Of a DNA stretch of 64,000 nt, positions 56,492-64,000 are shown one piece after another. Source of the stretch: an uncultured cyanobacterium (lineage in GTDB: Bacteria; Cyanobacteriota; Cyanobacteriia; Cyanobacteriales; CAWUOF01). The stretch's first letter is position 1; the number at the start of each line of letters is the position of its first letter. A model generated the notes under the pieces. That model was not told the DNA's origin. It did not search any database and saw nothing but the letters and a program-made list of their open reading frames with translations. Made by a program: the position numbers and the translations under genes. The DNA is taken from positions 4,000,001-4,064,000 of the forward strand of contig CAVUSO010000001.1 in the NCBI GenBank assembly GCA_963744145.1, written 5' to 3'.

Positions 56492-58730
56492 AATAACACG
56501 ATTATTAACATTGACTGATCAATTAGATCCCCAAGTTTGCGGTGAAAAAGCAACTCGTTTAGCCCAATTAAAACAAGCTGGTTTTCCTGTTCCCGTTGGT
56601 TGGATTTTATTACCTGCTAATAAAATCGAAAGTCTCGACCAGATTCCTGTTAACTCTTATCCATCCTGGATCGTGAGATCGTCAGCTCTAGGAGAAGATA
56701 GCGATCGCCATTCAGGAGCGGGACAATATTTAAGTATTGGACCAGTAACTACAGTAACAGAATTAACTGAAGCGGTCAATCGTTGTCGTCAGTCCTATTG
56801 GGAAGAAAGAGCGATCGCGTACCGTCGTCACCGAACTTTACCTGATCAAAATATCGCTATATTAATTCAACCTTATATTCCTGGTCAAGTTGCAGGAGTA
56901 ATGTTTACCCGTCATCCTTTAGATGGGGGTTCCCAAGTAATTATTGAAGCATTACCGGGAGGTGCAGAAGGGGTAGTGAAAGGACAATCTACTCCCTTAC
57001 ATTTAGAAATAGATTTTAGTACAACTACTCGCTTAGAACAAAGTTTACAGTTAGCTCAAACACAACTTGATATCATCCGTGAACTGGTGAAACAAGCTCA
57101 AGCAATTGAAGCATTTTTTCATGGTTTACCTCAAGATATTGAATGGAGTTGGGATGGTGAAAAAGTTTGGATTTTGCAAAGTCGCTCAATTACTAATTTA
57201 GATCCGATTTGGACTAGAACTATTGCTGCTGAAGTAATTCCTGGAGTCATCCATCCTTTAACTTGGTCAATTAATCGTCCTTTAACTTGTGGAGTGTGGG
57301 GAGAAATATTTCAGATGATTTTGGGTGAAAAATCAGCGGGATTAGACTTTAATCAAACTGCAACTTTGCTCGGTTCCCATGCTTATTTTAATGCGACTCT
57401 CTTGGGAGAAATATTTAGAATGATGGGATTACCCGAACAAGGGTTGGAATTTCTATTACGAGGACAAAAAATTAGCAAACCACCCTTAAGAAAAGTTTTA
57501 TCTGGTTTACCAGGTTGGTGGAGATTGCTCCAAAAAGAACGAATTTTAGATCAGGAATTTCACCGCGATCTCCAGCAAATCTTTTTACCAGCTCTCCAAA
57601 GTTTAGCTCAAATTCCTGCGGCTGATTTATCTTTGACTGGGTTACTAGCTAGAGCTATAAAAATTCAGGTTTGGTTAAAAAAAATCACCTATTATAATAT
57701 CTTAGGACCGATTGGATTAGCAATCAGGCGATCGCTATTTAAAATTCCCCAAGAATGGTTAAATAGTCCTACTGCTCCCGAAATAGCTTCCCTGAGACAA
57801 TTACAACAACTAGCAACCAAATTAAAATCAGCAGATTTGCCAAAATTTCCCACGGGAGTAGAAATTGAATTTCAACGTTGGATTAATACCTATGGATATT
57901 TAAGCGAAGTTGGTACGGATATTGCGGTATCTACCTGGTGTGAAAATCCCGATCATTTGCGTCAGATCTTAATCAATATGGCTCAAAATCCAGTTACTGC
58001 TAAACCAGAGCTATTATCATCACAATTAAACTGGTGGCAAAATTGGCGATTAGCTCAATGCGATCGCAGAAATCTAGTTAAAAGTCAAATTAGTGAAATT
58101 TATGCACGTTTCTTAGCTCATTTACGTTGGACTTTTTTAGCCATAGAAGCTCACGGATTAACCAGACAAGAATTAGCAGAACCTGGAGATATTTTTTATT
58201 TAGAGTTTCGCGAAATTAAAGCATGGATTGAAAGAACAGAAAAGATAATTTTAACAGAGCGGATTAAACCCAGAAGAGAACAAGTAAAACGCGATCGCGA
58301 TCGGGTAGTACCGGAAGTAGTTTATGGAAATTTATTACCAGAAGTGTCGCAACTACCAGAAAATCAGCTAGGGAGCAAAGATCATTTTTTCCAAGGAATC
58401 CCTGCTAGTGCTGGTTGTGTAGAAGGATATATTAAAATCTATCGCAATTTCACCCTGGATTTAACCGATGGGGAAAAACCAGTCATGTTAGTACCCTATA
58501 CCGATGCGGGTTGGGCACCATTATTATTAGGAGCAAAAGCAATTATCGCTGAAGTTGGGGGACAATTATCTCACGGAGCTATAATTGCGCGTGAATATGG
58601 TATCCCCGCAGTGATGAATATTCCTCATGTAACTACACTTTTACAAGATGGTCAAAAAGTCAGAGTAGATGGATATCGGGGAACTGTAGAAATATTAGAT
58701 GAGGATATACCCCAAAATAGCCTGAACTGA
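56475..58730 (+). CDS. PEP/pyruvate-binding plus PEP-utilising mobile domain protein (PPDK/rifampicin phosphotransferase-like)
   Basis: GEKA, VRSSALGED, PQDIEW, LQSRSIT, GGQLSHGAIIAREYGIPAV. Confidence 0.85.
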   Translation: MMIFPKITRLLTLTDQLDPQVCGEKATRLAQLKQAGFPVPVGWILLPANKIESLDQIPVNSYPSWIVRSSALGEDSDRHSGAGQYLSIGPVTTVTELTEAVNRCRQSYWEERAIAYRRHRTLPDQNIAILIQPYIPGQVAGVMFTRHPLDGGSQVIIEALPGGAEGVVKGQSTPLHLEIDFSTTTRLEQSLQLAQTQLDIIRELVKQAQAIEAFFHGLPQDIEWSWDGEKVWILQSRSITNLDPIWTRTIAAEVIPGVIHPLTWSINRPLTCGVWGEIFQMILGEKSAGLDFNQTATLLGSHAYFNATLLGEIFRMMGLPEQGLEFLLRGQKISKPPLRKVLSGLPGWWRLLQKERILDQEFHRDLQQIFLPALQSLAQIPAADLSLTGLLARAIKIQVWLKKITYYNILGPIGLAIRRSLFKIPQEWLNSPTAPEIASLRQLQQLATKLKSADLPKFPTGVEIEFQRWINTYGYLSEVGTDIAVSTWCENPDHLRQILINMAQNPVTAKPELLSSQLNWWQNWRLAQCDRRNLVKSQISEIYARFLAHLRWTFLAIEAHGLTRQELAEPGDIFYLEFREIKAWIERTEKIILTERIKPRREQVKRDRDRVVPEVVYGNLLPEVSQLPENQLGSKDHFFQGIPASAGCVEGYIKIYRNFTLDLTDGEKPVMLVPYTDAGWAPLLLGAKAIIAEVGGQLSHGAIIAREYGIPAVMNIPHVTTLLQDGQKVRVDGYRGTVEILDEDIPQNSLN

Positions 58731-58753
58731 ACCTAATTGTATTTTATTTTCCC

Positions 58754-59010
58754 GTAGGGGCAAAGCATTTCGGCGCATAAATAAATAATTAAACGTTTAC
58801 CCTGAGCGTAGTCGAAGGGAAGAATAATAAGACCGAAATGCTTTGCCCCCATATTTAAGCAACCAACAGATCAACTACATACTATATATATTGCAATATG
58901 GTTCAGTTAAGGATATTTTTGAGCATCTCGGCGCAGAAGAGGGTGAAGCATTCGGGTATAATATTACTGCTTTGATTGTTCAATTATCGCCCGAATGCTT
59001 CACCCCTACA
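58754..59010. repeat. REP-like palindromic repeats
   Basis: GTAGGGGCAAAGCATTTCGG...CCGAAATGCTTTGCCCC and GGGTGAAGCATTCGGG...CCCGAATGCTTCACCCCTAC. Confidence 0.8.
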
Positions 59011-59028
59011 CTTATCAACTTAAGGGAA

Positions 59029-61158
59029 TCACAATATAAATTTATCAGTTCCTGCTACGATAGAATCATGATCATGCCGATCGCGATAATGGGCTGGTAA
59101 AGTAATCGTAAAAATTGAACCTTTTCCTAACTCACTTGCAACCTGAATATTTCCGCTCATCATTTGGCAAAATTTCCTAGTAATTGTCAGTCCTAACCCC
59201 GTACCCCCATATTTACGAGTAAAAGATTCATCTGCTTGAGTAAAAGCTTGAAACAGTTTTTCTTGTTGTTCCAAATTCATCCCAATCCCTGTATCCTGAA
59301 CCGAAAAACTAACCCACTCTTGCTCATGCTCCCAAAACCTGACCACATTGAGAGAAATTGTGCCATTTTGGGTAAATTTATTAGCATTACTTAACAAATT
59401 AAATAAACCCTGACGTAATTTTACTATATCTCCATACATTGTCCCAATATCTTCAGGACAGTTAACGTTTAAAGTATTAGAATTTTTGTCTAATAAAGGT
59501 GCAAAAATCATCTCTACTTCTTTGAGAATTGAAATAATCTCAAAAGTTTCTAAATAGAGATTCATTTTCCCAGCTTCAATTTTTGATAAGTCTAAAATAT
59601 CGTTAATAATCTCTAACAGATGTTTCCCAGCACTATTAATTCTTTGTAAGTCGGCAATTATCTCTTCCGGGTCAACTTCTCCAATTTCTTCTTGTAAAAT
59701 TTCACTATAACCGATAATTGCATTTAAGGGAGTACGCAGCTCATGACTCATATTCGCAAGAAATAAACTTTTAGCTTGGGAAGCTTCTTCTGCTTCAGCA
59801 CGACATTTTTGTGCTTCTTGACTTCTGGTTTCTAAATCAGCAAAAGATTTTTGTAATTCGCTACTCATGCGATTAAAAGCATTCCCTAAAGTTCCTAGTT
59901 CATCGTTTCGCTCAATATTTACTTGCTGATGAAAATCACCCTGAGAAATATTTTTTGCTGCTAAAGTCAAACGGGAAATTGGTTTCATCATTCTTCCAGT
60001 TAATAACCAGGTTAAAGTGCCAATGATGATCACCGTAAGTAGAGCTAAAAAAAATGCTATTTGGACAAAAAATACTTCCTTTTCTAAAACTTCTGTTTCT
60101 TGTTGTAAAATCACTACTCCCCAGTCATTTTTAAGTTTATTTCCCTGCGCTAACCATTTAATTCCTTGTTGATCAATAAAAGAAAATAAACCTGTTTTTC
60201 CAGCTAAGATGGCTTTTACTGGTTCATAGTCTTGCCAATTTGTAAGTTTGTTTCCTGAAATTAAACTACGGTCAGGATGAGCTAAAAGCTGTCCTTTTTC
60301 ATCTACTAAAAAAGCAAATCCGGTTTTTTCTACCCGAACTGCTCCCACTATTTCTACTAAATCAGTTAAAATGGTAGAACATAAAAAAATGCCTTTCATG
60401 GGTTGATTTTTATTACTTATATCGGGCATATATCGGGCATTTTTATACTGTTGATATGCTAAATTAATCAATCGGTAAGTAGTCGGTTCTGCTTGTCCCG
60501 TAACTGATAAACCAGGATAGTTTTTTTGAAATAATGATACTGCCTCAGTGGTAGCATGATCATAAACTCCACTAAAATTACCTTGGTAATAGTTAAGTTG
60601 GCTTAATTTTTGCTGTAGGGCTTTGACTAAATTACCATGATCACCTACTTTTAAACTAATTAATTCGTGAATTGGTGCGGCAAAAATAACTGCTGGTTTG
60701 CCACTAACCCGAGAAATTAATGTTTCTGTACTATATTCCTTACCGTTAATGATATCTTGAAACCACTGGCGATCGCCTCGATAGATATGGTCTGGTAATC
60801 TCCCATTGCTACGCACAGTATTATATCCATTTAAGTTATAAATATCTGCCGTATATAGATAGGGATAAGTCTGTTTAACTATAGTCATAATCGCTAACTG
60901 TTTTTTTTCATCCATGCTTGCTATCTCAGGAATTTCACTGACACTTTTTAAAATCAAAACATTATTTTCTTCCCATTTAGACACATTTTCTGTTAAGGTA
61001 TTTACCTTTAATTCTAGATTCTTTTTAGTTTGATTACTAATAATTCTAACTGCATAAAAACTAGCCAAAAATATCGCCCCAATAATTGGGGGCACAATGC
61101 CTAATAATACTACCACAGTAATGCGAAATCGTAAACTAAGAAAAAGTTTCTTTACCAT
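59029..61158 (-). CDS. Sensor histidine kinase (Cache with inserted peptidoglycan-binding domain, HAMP, HisKA, HATPase)
   Basis: [28 protein letters not shown]-binding-like LKVGDHG..V..LQQKL...G.YD..T..AV..FQ. Confidence 0.88.
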   Translation of the reverse strand: MVKKLFLSLRFRITVVVLLGIVPPIIGAIFLASFYAVRIISNQTKKNLELKVNTLTENVSKWEENNVLILKSVSEIPEIASMDEKKQLAIMTIVKQTYPYLYTADIYNLNGYNTVRSNGRLPDHIYRGDRQWFQDIINGKEYSTETLISRVSGKPAVIFAAPIHELISLKVGDHGNLVKALQQKLSQLNYYQGNFSGVYDHATTEAVSLFQKNYPGLSVTGQAEPTTYRLINLAYQQYKNARYMPDISNKNQPMKGIFLCSTILTDLVEIVGAVRVEKTGFAFLVDEKGQLLAHPDRSLISGNKLTNWQDYEPVKAILAGKTGLFSFIDQQGIKWLAQGNKLKNDWGVVILQQETEVLEKEVFFVQIAFFLALLTVIIIGTLTWLLTGRMMKPISRLTLAAKNISQGDFHQQVNIERNDELGTLGNAFNRMSSELQKSFADLETRSQEAQKCRAEAEEASQAKSLFLANMSHELRTPLNAIIGYSEILQEEIGEVDPEEIIADLQRINSAGKHLLEIINDILDLSKIEAGKMNLYLETFEIISILKEVEMIFAPLLDKNSNTLNVNCPEDIGTMYGDIVKLRQGLFNLLSNANKFTQNGTISLNVVRFWEHEQEWVSFSVQDTGIGMNLEQQEKLFQAFTQADESFTRKYGGTGLGLTITRKFCQMMSGNIQVASELGKGSIFTITLPAHYRDRHDHDSIVAGTDKFIL

Positions 61159-61259
61159 AGAAATATTCTGGTATTGACAAAGATGCTTTGGCACAGATAA
61201 ATTGATCTTAACAAGATTTTGCTCGATAATTTTATCGATGCGATCGGATCATTAACTTT

Positions 61260-61697
61260 ATGAACTTACCTTCTTTTCTTTGGTTATGGAAAATAGCTGC
61301 TTGGTCAATGGGTTTTACCTTGATTGCGTATTTATTACTAGCAATAACGGGTACTTCGCTATTTTACCTTCGTTATAGCAAACACCAAAGACCTCGGTGG
61401 TTGCGACCTCTTCACTATATCACTGGTGGAGTAATGATTGGATTAGTGCTGATCTTGCTGGGGGTCGGTTTAGTCGGTACGATCGGTTATTATGGTAACT
61501 TGGGTCATTCCATTCACCTAGCTGCTGGTTTAACAGTAGTAATATTAGTAATTATCTCCGCGTGGAGTTCTACCCAGATTAGCATTAAAAAAACCTGGGC
61601 TCGTCCTGTTCATATCGGTACTAATCTCCTGCTCTTAGGAGGATTACTTTGGGTGACGTTAACTGGATGGACAGTAGTGCAAAAATATTTACCTTAA
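61260..61697 (+). CDS. DUF4079-like membrane protein
   Basis: [27 protein letters not shown]; four hydrophobic helices. Confidence 0.7.
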   Translation: MNLPSFLWLWKIAAWSMGFTLIAYLLLAITGTSLFYLRYSKHQRPRWLRPLHYITGGVMIGLVLILLGVGLVGTIGYYGNLGHSIHLAAGLTVVILVIISAWSSTQISIKKTWARPVHIGTNLLLLGGLLWVTLTGWTVVQKYLP

Positions 61698-63085
61698 AAA
61701 TCGATATTCAGAGGAGCGCGAGGAAAAGGAATCACATCTCGAATATTAGCCATTCCCGTCATAAACTGGACTAAACGCTCAAATCCTAAACCAAATCCAG
61801 CATGAGGAACTGTACCATAACGACGCAAATCTAAATACCACCAATAATCTTTTACATTTAAACCCTGATTGGTGATTCTTTTTTCCAAGACTTCCAAACG
61901 CTCTTCCCGTTGAGATCCACCAATAATTTCTCCAATTTTCGGTGCTAAAATATCCATCGCAGCTACAGTTTTTTCGTCATCATTCAACCGCATATAAAAA
62001 GCTTTAATTTCTACTGGATAATCAGTCAGAATAACTGGCTTTTTAAATACTTCTTCAGCGAGATAACGTTCATGTTCTGATTGCAAATCTAATCCCCAAT
62101 TGACGGGATATTCAAATTGTTTATCGGCTTTTTCTAAAATTGCAATTGCTTCTGTATAAGTTAATCGAGCGAATTCATTATTAATAATATTCTCCGCTGT
62201 AGCTAGAACTGAGTTATCAATCCTTTGATTAAAAAATTCCAGATCATCAGCACATTTTTCCAACACTGATTTAAAAATATGCTTTAAAAAAGCTTCAGCT
62301 AAATCCATATCCCCTTTTAAGTCACAAAAAGCCATTTCTGGTTCGATCATCCAAAATTCTGCTAAATGTCGAGAGGTATGAGAATTTTCAGCTCGAAATG
62401 TTGGTCCAAAAGTATAAACATTACTAAAGGACATAGCCATAATTTCCGCTTCGAGCTGTCCACTCACGGTCAGAAAAGCTGGTTTACCAAAAAAATCCTT
62501 ACTGTAATCTACCTCTTGAGCTGCTGTACGCGGCAAATTCTGCAAGTTTAAACTGGTAACTGCAAACATTTCCCCTGCACCTTCACAATCACTAGCTGTG
62601 ATAATGGGGGTATGCACCCACAAAAAACCCCGTTCTTGAAAAAATTGGTGAATCGCACTAGCACAAGCATTGCGAACTCGAAATACCGCACCTAAAGTAT
62701 TAGTCCGCGATCGCAAATGTCCAATTTCCCGTAAAAATTCAAAACTATGACGTTTTTTCTGTAAGGGATAACTTTCTGGATCAGCTTCACCATAAACGAT
62801 TAATTCTGAAACCTTTAATTCAATCCTTTGTCCTTTAGCTGGAGATGTCACTAAAACACCATGAATTTCGACAGAAGCCCCAGTATTTAATCGTTTCAGG
62901 ATATTCTCGTAATCGGGCAAATCCACATTAACTACAGCTTGAATATTGGCCATTGATGAGCCATCGTTAACTTCTAAAAAAGTAAATTCTTTTAATTCGC
63001 GCTTAGTCCTGATCCATCCTTGGATCGAAACTAACTCACCAGGTTGGCCATTTTTTAATAAATCAGCAATCCGTCTTGTTGTCAT
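61694..63085 (-). CDS. asnS: Asparagine--tRNA ligase
   Basis: [45 protein letters not shown] 63085 preferred. Confidence 0.97.
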   Translation of the reverse strand: MTTRRIADLLKNGQPGELVSIQGWIRTKRELKEFTFLEVNDGSSMANIQAVVNVDLPDYENILKRLNTGASVEIHGVLVTSPAKGQRIELKVSELIVYGEADPESYPLQKKRHSFEFLREIGHLRSRTNTLGAVFRVRNACASAIHQFFQERGFLWVHTPIITASDCEGAGEMFAVTSLNLQNLPRTAAQEVDYSKDFFGKPAFLTVSGQLEAEIMAMSFSNVYTFGPTFRAENSHTSRHLAEFWMIEPEMAFCDLKGDMDLAEAFLKHIFKSVLEKCADDLEFFNQRIDNSVLATAENIINNEFARLTYTEAIAILEKADKQFEYPVNWGLDLQSEHERYLAEEVFKKPVILTDYPVEIKAFYMRLNDDEKTVAAMDILAPKIGEIIGGSQREERLEVLEKRITNQGLNVKDYWWYLDLRRYGTVPHAGFGLGFERLVQFMTGMANIRDVIPFPRAPLNIDF

Positions 63086-63175
63086 TTCTTTATCCTTTTT
63101 ACCAAGTGTATTAGACCAGAAAGCAAAAGTAACTAGGACAGTCAAGATGACTGTCCCACAAGAGTCCTTAAACAT

Positions 63176-63550
63176 CTAACCTGTACAAGATTTTAAGATC
63201 CAGCCAATCACAATCCCTAATCCACCAAAACGAATTGCTTGCCAAAAAGGTTCTCTTAAGCTTCTCCAATTCAACAGATTACTTTCGAGATTGAGTTCTA
63301 AAGCTTCTAATTCTGCCTTAATCTGTTTTAACTCTTGCTTTAATTCTGGCAATAAATTTTGACGCGATTGCTGGTGGATTTCCTCCCGTCGATGACCAAG
63401 TTCCTGCTGTCGTAAGCGATCGCGTTTTACTTGTTCATAACGGGCTTTAATTTGGGCCAAAGACTCCTCAGTAGTTTGTAATTCTTGCTCAAACTCTGGC
63501 TCATTGACCCCATTAGTCGAATTCGGAGATGGTTCTTCTGGCGAATTCAT
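63176..63550 (-). CDS. Conserved cyanobacterial coiled-coil protein
   Basis: C-terminal FWQAIRFGGLGIVIGW. Confidence 0.7.
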   Translation of the reverse strand: MNSPEEPSPNSTNGVNEPEFEQELQTTEESLAQIKARYEQVKRDRLRQQELGHRREEIHQQSRQNLLPELKQELKQIKAELEALELNLESNLLNWRSLREPFWQAIRFGGLGIVIGWILKSCTG

Positions 63551-63611
63551 CGCAAAATTTTTAAAATAAATAAAGTTAAGATCGGTGCAAATCATTTTAT
63601 TGAATTAGACC

Positions 63612-63929
63612 ATGACCAATCTTACTCCAATTAACACCACCAATCAGACCGGATTACTTAGTCCGCTCCAGGAAAAGTTAACCCAATTCAGTACCCTAGA
63701 ATTAGCCCAAGCTTTAGCCGAACGAATGGCCATTAATGATCAAGATTGGCATCGTTTAAAATCTAATCGTCCAGCCCGGGCTGGTGAACAAGTCACTGCT
63801 GCGTTAATTTTGTTAATTCAAGATCAACCCGCAGAAGCTTTAATTAGATTACAACAGGCATCTGGTTGGCTAGATCGTTCTGTCAGCGCACCTCCCTGTC
63901 CTACCCACGGACATCGGGACGCCAAATAG
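63612..63929 (+). CDS. Conserved cyanobacterial hypothetical protein
   Basis: DWHRLKSNR, GWLDRS..APPCPTHG. Confidence 0.75.
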   Translation: MTNLTPINTTNQTGLLSPLQEKLTQFSTLELAQALAERMAINDQDWHRLKSNRPARAGEQVTAALILLIQDQPAEALIRLQQASGWLDRSVSAPPCPTHGHRDAK

Positions 63930-64000
63930 GCCCCATCCTGGTGATGATAGAGAATTAATCAGATTGTTGATTGTCCCGATCGCACAATTTTGGTAAAAAA

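Noticed and set aside
1..64000. Abundant GCGATCGC as a novel repeat
   Set aside because: This is the well-known cyanobacterial HIP1 octamer

Overview
Cyanobacterial chromosomal window (the HIP1 octamer GCGATCGC is frequent; pcyA, ycf51, purK-6S RNA, rpsB-tsf). It holds two defence loci. (1) At 1-14.9 kb on the minus strand is a dpdE-F-G-H-I-J helicase/ATPase operon; dpdJ runs off the window edge and is missing from the ORF track, and no dpdABC modification genes lie upstream. (2) At 39.9-55.1 kb on the plus strand is an Ssp-type phosphorothioate module (DUF4007 sspB, ATPase sspC, PAPS-reductase sspD, distal cysteine desulfurase). It encloses a non-canonical effector block: two GHKL/MORC-like ATPases, a frameshifted GIY-YIG-like nuclease, an SF2 helicase and a PLD nuclease. 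The PLD gene is interrupted by an IS110 element. The IS110 non-coding end contains a readable bridge-RNA-like structure whose guide segments match the reconstructed PLD target site and the element's own ends. Other oddities are an EF-Ts with a ~100-aa tandem-repeat N-terminal extension, a histidine kinase with a peptidoglycan-binding domain inside its sensor region, a gene flanked by a 74-bp duplication of its neighbour's 3' end, and a ~90-bp direct repeat bracketing the 32-55 kb accessory region. All family assignments come from motif recognition by eye; no database search was run.
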